64,000 nt of DNA, taken from NCBI GenBank assembly GCA_964393745.1, contig CAYMVA010000127.1, forward strand, positions 2,046-66,045, read 5' to 3'. Positions 47,351 through 54,816 of this stretch are shown here, one piece after another. This stretch comes from an uncultured Enterobacteriaceae bacterium (lineage in GTDB: Bacteria; Pseudomonadota; Gammaproteobacteria; Burkholderiales; SG8-39). The notes under the pieces were generated by a model that worked only from the letters and a program-made list of their open reading frames with translations, was not told the origin of the DNA and searched no databases. Position 1 is the first letter of the stretch. Every line of letters starts with the position of its first letter. Made by a program: the position numbers and the translations under genes.

Positions 47351-50091
47351 ACAAGCCTCGCGCCAAATTCCTCGCCGAGGCGGTTGCCTTCACCGTCAAC
47401 GGCCGCAAGGTGCGCGCCACTTCCGCGCGCGCCGCCCGCCTCGCCGACGTGCTGCGCGACGAGCTCGGCCTCACCGGCACCAAGATCGGCTGCAACGCCG
47501 GCGATTGCGGCGCCTGCACCGTGCTGCTCGATGGCCGCCAGGTGTGCTCGTGCCTCACCGCACTCGGCCAGGTCGAGGGCCGCGAAGTCCTGACCGTCGA
47601 AGGCCTCGCCGCGAAGGGAAAACTTTCCGACCTGCAGGCAGCGTTCCAGAACCACGGCGCTGCGCAGTGCGGCATCTGCACGCCGGCCATGCTGATCGCT
47701 GCGGCGGATCTGCTTGCGCGCAATCCGGACCCAGATGCCGCCGAGGTCCGGGACGCGCTCGGTGGCGTGCTGTGTCGCTGCACCGGCTACCAGAAGATCG
47801 TAGAGGCCGTGCTGGCGGCAAAGTGTAAAGTCACACTTTACACTTTGCCCGCTGCAGGCCGGGCGGTCGGGGCGCGCGCCGGCAAGGTGGACGGCATTGC
47901 CAAGCTCAATGGCACCGAGCGCTACGGCGCCGATGCGATCCCGGCGGACGCGCTCTGGCTGCGCGTCATGCGCTCGCCGCACCATCGCGCGCGCTTCCGC
48001 TTCGGCAACCTCGACGCCTGGCGCCGCGGCCTGCCGGGCATCGAGCGGCTGCTCACCGCTGCCGATGTGCCCTCGAACGGCTTCGGCATCTATCCGCACA
48101 TCAAGGACCAGCCGGTGCTCGCCGCAGGCGAAGCGCGTTTCCGCGGCGAAGCGGTGGCCGCGGTGATCGGCAGCCGCGAAGCGATCGAGCGGCTCGATGC
48201 GAATGCTTTCCCGGTGAGCTGGGAGCCGCTCGAACCGGTGCTAGGCCTCGATGCGGCGATGGCGCCCAAAGCGCCGCGCGTTCAGCCAAACAAACCGGAC
48301 AACTTGCTGCTCGATGGCGGCGTGAGGAAAGGCGATCCCGCCTCCGCATGGGCGCAATGCGCAGCGATCGCGGAGGCGAGCTTCGAGACCGCGTTTGTTG
48401 AGCATGCCTACATCGAGCCCGAAGCCGGCTGGGCGCGGCGCGTCGGCCACCGGATCGAGATCCATGTCTCCACGCAGACGCCTTACATGGACCGCGACGA
48501 GACCGCGCTGGTGATGAAGCTCGAGCCCGAGCAGGTGCGGATCGTGCCGAGCGCGTGCGGCGGCGGCTTCGGCGGCAAGCTCGACATGGCGGTGCAGCCG
48601 CTTATCGCGCTCGGCGCCTGGCTCACGCGCAAGCCCGTCGCCTGCGTGTACACGCGTCCCGAGAGCATGGCTTCGAGCACCAAGCGCCACCCGGCGCGCA
48701 TCCACGCCAAGTTCGGCTGCGATGAGCGCGGGCGATTGCTCGCCTGCGAAATGGATGCGCTCTTCGACACCGGCGCCTACGCTAGCTGGGGTCCGACGGT
48801 CGCGACGCGGGTCCCGATCCACGCCACCGGCCCCTACCTCGTGCCGCACGTAAAGACGCGCGGTCGCGCCTACTTCACGCATTGCCATCCGTCGGGCGCG
48901 TTCCGCGGCTTCGGCGTGCCGCAGGGCGCGATCGCGCACGAAGCGCTCATGGATGAGCTCGCCGACGGCATCGGCATGGACCGGCTCGAGTTCCGGCGCG
49001 TGAACGCGCTCAAAGCGGGTGACGCCACCGCCACCGGCCAGGTGCTCGAGCATTCCGCCGGGCTCGCCGAGTGCCTCGATGCGCTCGAGCCGCATTGGCG
49101 CCGCGCCAGGCGCGAGTGCGAAACGTTCAATGCGAAGCACGCGACGCGCAAGCGCGGCGCCGGCATCGGCTGCATGTGGTACGGCATCGGCAACACCTCG
49201 CTTTCCAACCCTTCGACGATACGCGCCGCCATCCGGCCCGACTGTAAAGTCACGCTTTACAGTGGCGCGGTGGACATCGGCCAGGGCTGCAGCACCACCC
49301 TCACCCAGGTGTGCGCCGATGCGCTCGGCCTGCCGATGCAGGATTTCCACCTCGTCATGGGCGATACCGATCTCACGGCCGACGCGGGCAAGACCTCTGC
49401 CTCGCGCCAAGCCTTCGTCTCGGGCAAGGCGGCCGAGCTCGCGGGGCTGGATCTGCGTCAGAAACTCTTCGCCGCCGCCGGCGCTCCGAACGGCGCATGG
49501 CGCGACCGCGACTACCGGCTCTCGCTCGAAGGCGGCAAGCTGGTGTTCCGCAAAGGTGGCATCACCCATCGCGTGAAGCTGCGCGAGCAATTGATAGGTG
49601 AAGGCTACTTCGATCCTCCGACCAAGCCCTCGGACGCCGACGGACAGGGCGTTCCCTACGCCACTTATGCGTTCGCCGCGCAGGTCGCCGTGGTCGAGGT
49701 GGATCTCGAACTGGGCACCACCAAGGTGCTGCGCATCCACGCCGCGCACGATGTCGGCCGCGCGCTCAACCCGATCCAGGTCGAGGGCCAGATCCAGGGC
49801 GGCGCGGCGCAAGGACTCGGCATGGCGCTAATGGAGGAGTACGTTCCAGGCAAGACCGAGAACCTGCACGACTACCTGATCCCGACCATCGGCGACATGC
49901 CGCAATTCGATTGCATCCTGGTGGAGGACCCCGAGCCGCTCGGTCCCTACGGCGCCAAGGGCGTTGGCGAGCCGGGGTTGATTCCGACCGCGCCGGCGAT
50001 CCTCGGTGCGATCGAGCACGCCACCGGCGTGCGCATGCGCCGCGTACCCGTGCTGCCGCATCGCTTATTGGCAGCGCTGAAAGCCAAATGA
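47347..50091 (+). CDS. Fused [2Fe-2S] + molybdopterin-binding hydroxylase subunit (xanthine dehydrogenase / aldehyde oxidoreductase family)
   Basis: ATG 47347 overlaps the upstream stop (ATGA). The N-terminal part carries two 2Fe-2S motifs (CNAGDCGACTV, CGICTPAM...CRCTGY). A linker of about 12 aa is encoded by a palindromic repeat, followed by a MoCo domain (..GGGFGGK.., ..DIGQG..). About 914 aa as read in this sequence. Confidence 0.85.
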   Translation: MNKPRAKFLAEAVAFTVNGRKVRATSARAARLADVLRDELGLTGTKIGCNAGDCGACTVLLDGRQVCSCLTALGQVEGREVLTVEGLAAKGKLSDLQAAFQNHGAAQCGICTPAMLIAAADLLARNPDPDAAEVRDALGGVLCRCTGYQKIVEAVLAAKCKVTLYTLPAAGRAVGARAGKVDGIAKLNGTERYGADAIPADALWLRVMRSPHHRARFRFGNLDAWRRGLPGIERLLTAADVPSNGFGIYPHIKDQPVLAAGEARFRGEAVAAVIGSREAIERLDANAFPVSWEPLEPVLGLDAAMAPKAPRVQPNKPDNLLLDGGVRKGDPASAWAQCAAIAEASFETAFVEHAYIEPEAGWARRVGHRIEIHVSTQTPYMDRDETALVMKLEPEQVRIVPSACGGGFGGKLDMAVQPLIALGAWLTRKPVACVYTRPESMASSTKRHPARIHAKFGCDERGRLLACEMDALFDTGAYASWGPTVATRVPIHATGPYLVPHVKTRGRAYFTHCHPSGAFRGFGVPQGAIAHEALMDELADGIGMDRLEFRRVNALKAGDATATGQVLEHSAGLAECLDALEPHWRRARRECETFNAKHATRKRGAGIGCMWYGIGNTSLSNPSTIRAAIRPDCKVTLYSGAVDIGQGCSTTLTQVCADALGLPMQDFHLVMGDTDLTADAGKTSASRQAFVSGKAAELAGLDLRQKLFAAAGAPNGAWRDRDYRLSLEGGKLVFRKGGITHRVKLREQLIGEGYFDPPTKPSDADGQGVPYATYAFAAQVAVVEVDLELGTTKVLRIHAAHDVGRALNPIQVEGQIQGGAAQGLGMALMEEYVPGKTENLHDYLIPTIGDMPQFDCILVEDPEPLGPYGAKGVGEPGLIPTAPAILGAIEHATGVRMRRVPVLPHRLLAALKAK
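47821..47855. repeat. 35-nt AT-rich palindromic junction element, copy A (inside the 2Fe-2S/MoCo linker)
   Basis: aagTGTAAAGTcacACTTTACActttgcccgctgc has 9-bp perfect arms (47823..47843). It is 32/35 identical to 60717..60751. Confidence 0.85.
49242..49262. repeat. Related 21-nt perfect palindrome inside the MoCo-domain coding sequence
   Basis: CTGTAAAG-tcacg-CTTTACAG. The core tgtaaagtcacNctttaca differs from copy A at one position and encodes the same CKVTLY peptide. Confidence 0.8.
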
Positions 50092-51581
50092 GCAACCCGC
50101 TCGACGCACGAGATCCGGAAGACGCACTGGCGCCGGATAGCGGCACGCTCGGCGGCGACGTCATCCGCTGCGACGCCTGCCCGGTGCTGTGCCGCATTCG
50201 CAAGGGGCAAAGCGGCGCCTGCGACCGCTACGCCAACGAGAACGGCAAACTGGTGCGCCTCGACCCGCTGCTGATCCTTCAGCGTGGCAGCGCGGCGGTG
50301 CCGTTCCTCGAGCCCGGCAAGCCTTGGGACGGCAAGCTGATCTCCGCGTCGAACACCTTCGTCACCGGGGTCGGCGCAACCACCACCTACCCCGACTACA
50401 AACCCGCGCCGTTCATCGTCGCCTCTAAATTCGAAGGCGTGGACGTGGTGACGGTGGTCACCGAGGGGATTTTTTCCTACTGCGGCCTGAAGGTGAAGAT
50501 CGACACCGACCGCTTTCTCGGCCCCGAGCAGGCGGCGGTGCGCGTCGCAGGCGAGCAGATCGGGCACGTCACCACCGCGGAATACGGCTCGCAGATGCTG
50601 TCGCTCGGCGGCGTGCGCCACCTCACCGGCGGCTCGAAGAAGGAAGGCACGGTCACCTGCGAGGCGCTGCTCAAGCTCTCCAATAAGGAGGCGGTAGAAC
50701 TGCAGGTGGACGGCGGCACCACAGTGCGGGTGCAGGCGGGCGAGGCGCCGGTGGTGAATGGCGCACACGAGGCGCGCATGCGGGTGGGCTGCGGCAGCGC
50801 CACCATCGGTATCTTCGCCAAGCAGTGGCACGGCCATGCCGACGAGGTGATCGTAGTGGACGACCACATCACCGGCGTGCTCACCGAGCACCAAGCCGGG
50901 CGTTTCCTCGACATGCGGCCGGCCGGTATCCGCGTGCGCGGCCGCAAGTCCACGCCGGGGCGCTATTTCAAGGTCGCCGAGCCAGGCATGGGCTGGGGCG
51001 GCACCGACATCACCGATCCGCTCGCGATCGTGGAGAAAATAGATCCCAAAACCGCCTGGCCGGGAATGCGTCTGCTGATGGTCTCGACTACCGGCGAGGA
51101 CGCCGAATGGTTCGTGCTCGACGAAGCGCTCAAGCCGCGGAAAGCGCCGATGCCCGAGCCGGTGCGCAAAGTGGTGGAGCGCATCGCGGAGAACTGCGAG
51201 CCGGCGCTGTGCACGGTGCTGTTCATGGGCGGCGCCGGCGGCTCGCTGCGCGCCGGCGTGACCGAGAACCCGGTGCGCCTTACGCGCTCGGTGAAGGAAC
51301 TGATCACGCGCGTCACCTGCGGCGGTGCGCCGGTTTACGTCTGGCCCGGCGGCGGCATCACCGTGATGGTGGACGTGCTGCGCATGCCGGAGCGCTCTTT
51401 CGGCTACGTGCCGACGCCCGCGCTGGTGCTGCCGATCGAATTCACGCTGCCGCTCGCTGCCTATGGCGCGATGGGCGGGCATATGGATCGCGTCGTTACA
51501 CTGGACGAGGCGCTGCGCCGCGCCGAGTTCAAGTCGGAGCCCTGGCGCGAAGCAAATCCCTGGCCCGTAGGCAAAGCATGA
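50088..51581 (+). CDS. 6-hydroxynicotinate-reductase-like Fe-S protein (family assignment from memory, unverified)
   Basis: ATG 50088 overlaps the upstream stop (ATGA). About 497 aa with an N-terminal Cys cluster CDACPVLCRIRKGQSGAC. I recognise the sequence type as the family usually annotated 6-hydroxynicotinate reductase, commonly paired with a UPF0280 gene. Confidence 0.6.
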   Translation: MSNPLDARDPEDALAPDSGTLGGDVIRCDACPVLCRIRKGQSGACDRYANENGKLVRLDPLLILQRGSAAVPFLEPGKPWDGKLISASNTFVTGVGATTTYPDYKPAPFIVASKFEGVDVVTVVTEGIFSYCGLKVKIDTDRFLGPEQAAVRVAGEQIGHVTTAEYGSQMLSLGGVRHLTGGSKKEGTVTCEALLKLSNKEAVELQVDGGTTVRVQAGEAPVVNGAHEARMRVGCGSATIGIFAKQWHGHADEVIVVDDHITGVLTEHQAGRFLDMRPAGIRVRGRKSTPGRYFKVAEPGMGWGGTDITDPLAIVEKIDPKTAWPGMRLLMVSTTGEDAEWFVLDEALKPRKAPMPEPVRKVVERIAENCEPALCTVLFMGGAGGSLRAGVTENPVRLTRSVKELITRVTCGGAPVYVWPGGGITVMVDVLRMPERSFGYVPTPALVLPIEFTLPLAAYGAMGGHMDRVVTLDEALRRAEFKSEPWREANPWPVGKA

Positions 51582-52435
51582 GTGGTCCCGTCCACGCAAT
51601 CCTCCCCGGCGGCCGGCTGCACCTGCAGCACGGTCCCATCGACTTGGTGATCGAAGCCTGGGGTGAGCAGCACGAGGTCGCCACCGCCTACGAGCAGGCG
51701 TGGCAGCACTTTCACGACATCCTGGGGACGCTGGTCGCGGAGTTGCCGCTTCTGCGCGCGGCGGTCGGTGCGGCCTATCCGCTCGCGCGCGGGCCAGTGG
51801 CGCGCCGCATGGTCGCGGCGGTCTGGCCGCTCCGCGAAGTGTTCATCACGCCGATGGCGGCGGTCGCCGGCAGCGTCGCCGACGAAATTCTCGCCGCGCT
51901 GTGCGCGGGTAGGCGCCTCGACAAGGCATTTGTGAACGACGGCGGCGACATCGCGCTGCATCTCGCGCCGCATCAACGCCTCGATACCGGGATCGTGGCC
52001 GATCCGCGCCGTCCCATGCTCTGCGGCAGCGTGTGCGTGGAGGCGAGCGACCCGGTGCGCGGCATCGCCACCTCCGGTTGGCGTGGGCGCTCGCAGTCGC
52101 TCGGCATCGCCGACGCCGTGACCGTGCTCGCGCGCAGCGCGGCGATGGCCGACGCCGCCGCGACGCTGGTCGCCAACGCGGTCAACGCAGAGCACCCGGC
52201 GATCCGCCGGCTGCCGGCGCGGCAAGTCAAGGAGGACAGCGACCTCGGCGAGCTGCCGGTGACCGTCGCGGTCGGGCCCCTGCCGCCCGGGATGGCGGAG
52301 GCTGCGCTAGACTCTGGCTTGAGAGTTGCCGAGGCGCTCAGGGGGCGCGGACTGCTGCACACCGCTTTCCTGTCGCTGCAGCAGCAAACGCAAGTGCTTA
52401 GGATGAGCAACCTTCCGCTCACCGTTCAGAACTGA
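51578..52435 (+). CDS. UPF0280 family protein (ApbE-like fold)
   Basis: ATG 51578 overlaps the upstream stop (ATGA). About 285 aa with the ITPMAAVAGSVADEI motif typical of the UPF0280/ApbE-like superfamily. Confidence 0.7.
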   Translation: MSGPVHAILPGGRLHLQHGPIDLVIEAWGEQHEVATAYEQAWQHFHDILGTLVAELPLLRAAVGAAYPLARGPVARRMVAAVWPLREVFITPMAAVAGSVADEILAALCAGRRLDKAFVNDGGDIALHLAPHQRLDTGIVADPRRPMLCGSVCVEASDPVRGIATSGWRGRSQSLGIADAVTVLARSAAMADAAATLVANAVNAEHPAIRRLPARQVKEDSDLGELPVTVAVGPLPPGMAEAALDSGLRVAEALRGRGLLHTAFLSLQQQTQVLRMSNLPLTVQN

Positions 52436-52448
52436 AAGGAGCCCGACC

Positions 52449-53165
52449 ATGCAACTGAGCCGACGTGATTCCCTCAAAGTGCTGGCGGCGCTCGCCGCCG
52501 CCGGCGCCCTGCCCTCCATCGCCCAGGCAGCCAAGCTCAAGCCGGGCGCCGACTCGGTGCTGATCGTGGTGGACGTGCAGAACTGCTTCGTCACCGGCGG
52601 CACGTTGCCGGTGAAGGAAGGCGAGCAGGTGGTGCCGCTCATTAACAAGCTGGCGAAAATCTTCCAGAACGTGGTCATCACCCAGGACTGGCACACAGCC
52701 GGGCACGTTTCGTTCGCTTCGGCGCACGCCGGCAAGAAGCCTTTCGAGACTACCAAGCTCAGCTACGGCACGCAGGTGCTGTGGCCGGACCACTGCGTCC
52801 AGGGCACGCCCGATGCAGCGCTGCACAAGGACCTCGAAATCCCGCACGCGCAGCTGGTCATTCGCAAGGGCTATCACAAAAGCACCGACAGCTACTCCGG
52901 TTTCGTGGAAGCCGATCGCAAGACGCAGACGGGGCTTGCCGCCTACCTCAAGGCGCGCGGCATCAAGCAGTGCTACGTCACCGGCCTGGCGACCGATTTC
53001 TGCGTCGCCTGGACCGCGCTCGATGCGCGCAAGGCCGGATTCAAGGCGGCAGTGATCGAGGATGCGTGCCGCGGCATCGATTTGCAGGGCTCGCTCGCCA
53101 AGGCCTGGGCGACGATGAAGGTGGCGGGCGTGCAGCGCCTGCAGTCGGCCGAGCTGCTCGGTTGA
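52449..53165 (+). CDS. pncA: Nicotinamidase/pyrazinamidase with a twin-arginine signal peptide
   Basis: 238-aa ORF collinear with E. coli PncA. It has the catalytic Asp (VVDVQNCF), the metal site QDWHTAGHVSF, WPDHCVQ and the catalytic Cys (GLATDFCV). The N-terminus MQLSRRDSLKVLAALAAAGALPSIAQA fits a Tat signal. Confidence 0.9.
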   Translation: MQLSRRDSLKVLAALAAAGALPSIAQAAKLKPGADSVLIVVDVQNCFVTGGTLPVKEGEQVVPLINKLAKIFQNVVITQDWHTAGHVSFASAHAGKKPFETTKLSYGTQVLWPDHCVQGTPDAALHKDLEIPHAQLVIRKGYHKSTDSYSGFVEADRKTQTGLAAYLKARGIKQCYVTGLATDFCVAWTALDARKAGFKAAVIEDACRGIDLQGSLAKAWATMKVAGVQRLQSAELLG

Positions 53166-53569
53166 GAGCGCTCGCCGCCGCGCTGCTTTTTCTTGCCAGC
53201 GCCTGCGCGCTCGCCGGCGGCAAGGTCGAGGTGATCTACCTCGGCACCAACGACTGCCCCTACTGCCGCCACTGGGAGGCGGCGCGCAAGCCCGAGTTGC
53301 TCTCCTCGCCCGAAGGCAAGGCGGCGAGCTACCGCGAGGTGCGCGGCGAAACGCTGCGCAAACCGATTGACGCGGCGCACTACCCTGCCGACCTCAAGTG
53401 GGTGGCCGAGCAGATCGGGCCGAGCCGCGGCGTGCCGCGCTTCGTGCTCGTGGTGGACGGCAAGGTGGTGATGAACGTGATGGGCACCGAGGCTTACCAG
53501 CAGGCGTTCCTGCCCGCGCTCAGGCGGGCGGTCGCGGACACAAGTTCAACCGGAGGAGGAAAACAATGA
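53162..53569 (+). CDS. Small secreted thioredoxin/glutaredoxin-fold protein (CPYC active site)
   Basis: TTG 53162 overlaps the pncA stop, giving (M)RALAAALLFLASACALAGG.. (signal peptide), then YLGTNDCPYCRHW and a cis-Pro-like GVPRFVL. The start codon is inferred, as there is no in-frame ATG before the signal peptide. Confidence 0.6.
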   Translation: MRALAAALLFLASACALAGGKVEVIYLGTNDCPYCRHWEAARKPELLSSPEGKAASYREVRGETLRKPIDAAHYPADLKWVAEQIGPSRGVPRFVLVVDGKVVMNVMGTEAYQQAFLPALRRAVADTSSTGGGKQ

Positions 53570-54753
53570 AACTGCGCACTCTCGCCGCGTTCGCCGCGGC
53601 CGCAACGGTCTCGTTCGGCGCCCAGGCGCAGGCGATCAAGATCGGCGAGCTGAACAGCTACAAGGTGTTCCCTGCGTTCCTCGAGCCCTACAAAAAGGGC
53701 TGGGAGCTGGCGCTTGAGGAGATCAACAAGTCGGGCGGCGCCGCGGGCAAAAAGCTCGAAGTGGTGTCGCGCGAGGACGGCGGCAACCCGGGCGACGCGG
53801 TGCGCGTCGCCGAGGAACTGATCACGCGCGAGAACGTGTCGCTCCTCATGGGCACCTTCGCGTCGAACATCGGCCTCGCGGTCTCCAACCTCGCCAACCA
53901 GAGAAAGATCGTGTTCATCGCCGCCGAGCCGCTCACCGACAAGATCGTGTGGGACAACGGCAACCGCTACACCTTTCGGCTGCGGCCCTCGACCTACATG
54001 CAGGTGGCGATGCTGATCCCGGAGGCGGCGAAGCTCAAAAAGCAGCGCTGGGCGATCGTCTACCCCAACTACGAGTACGGCCAGTCGGCCACCGCTTCGT
54101 TCAAGAAGCTGCTCACTAAAGCGCAGCCCGGCGTGCAGTTCGTGGGCGAGCAGGCTCCGGCGCTTGGCAAGATCGAGGCCGGCGCCGTGGTGCAGGCGCT
54201 GGCGGACCTCAAGCCCGACGCCATCTTCTCGTCGCTCTTCGGCGCCGACCTGCAGAAGTTCGTGCGCGAAGGCAACCTGCGGGGGCTATTCAAGGACCGG
54301 CCGGTATTCAACCTGCTCGCCGGCGAGCCCGAGTACCTCGATCCGCTCAAGGACGAGACCCCGGACGGCTGGTACGTCACCGGCTATCCCTGGAACGAGA
54401 TCAAGACCGCAGCGCACCAGAAATTCCTCGCCGCCTACCAGGCCAAATACAAGGACTACCCGCGCCTGGGCTCGATCGTAGGCTACTCGACCATGTATAC
54501 GGTGGCGAACGTGATCAAGCGCGCCGGCGGCGCCGACACCGAGAAGCTGATTGCGGCGATGAAAGGCATGGAGATGGACACCCCGATCGGCCCGATCGTG
54601 TGGCGCGCGGTCGACAACCAGTCCACCATGGGCGCGTACGTCGGCCGGCTGGCGAAAAAGGACGGCAAGGGCGTGATGGTCAACTGGCGCTTCGCCGACG
54701 GGGCCCTGTTCCTGCCGCCCTTCGAGGAAGTCCGGGCAATGCGGAAGGACTAA
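53566..54753 (+). CDS. ABC transporter periplasmic substrate-binding protein (Leu/Ile/Val-binding, Peripla_BP_6-like)
   Basis: ATG 53566 overlaps the upstream stop. Signal peptide MKLRTLAAFAAAATVSFGAQAQA followed by IKIGELNS... Confidence 0.88.
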   Translation: MKLRTLAAFAAAATVSFGAQAQAIKIGELNSYKVFPAFLEPYKKGWELALEEINKSGGAAGKKLEVVSREDGGNPGDAVRVAEELITRENVSLLMGTFASNIGLAVSNLANQRKIVFIAAEPLTDKIVWDNGNRYTFRLRPSTYMQVAMLIPEAAKLKKQRWAIVYPNYEYGQSATASFKKLLTKAQPGVQFVGEQAPALGKIEAGAVVQALADLKPDAIFSSLFGADLQKFVREGNLRGLFKDRPVFNLLAGEPEYLDPLKDETPDGWYVTGYPWNEIKTAAHQKFLAAYQAKYKDYPRLGSIVGYSTMYTVANVIKRAGGADTEKLIAAMKGMEMDTPIGPIVWRAVDNQSTMGAYVGRLAKKDGKGVMVNWRFADGALFLPPFEEVRAMRKD

Positions 54754-54782
54754 GGCCAAGCCCCGGCCCAGGTTAGGAGAAG

Positions 54783-54810
54783 CGCCGGGTTTAGCCCGGC
54801 GTTTCTTTTT
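54783..54810 (+). terminator. Intrinsic terminator/attenuator after the binding-protein gene
   Basis: CGCCGGG-TTTAG-CCCGGCG followed by TTTCTTTTT, between the SBP stop (54753) and the permease start (54817). Confidence 0.7.
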
Positions 54811-54816
54811 GTATCA

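Noticed and set aside
47823-49262. The repeated CKVTLY peptide as a protein-level internal repeat or metal-binding motif
   Set aside because: The two occurrences are in unrelated structural contexts: an inter-domain linker and a core strand before the GQG motif. A third, non-coding copy of the same nucleotides exists at 60719..60739, so the repeat is better explained at the nucleotide level.
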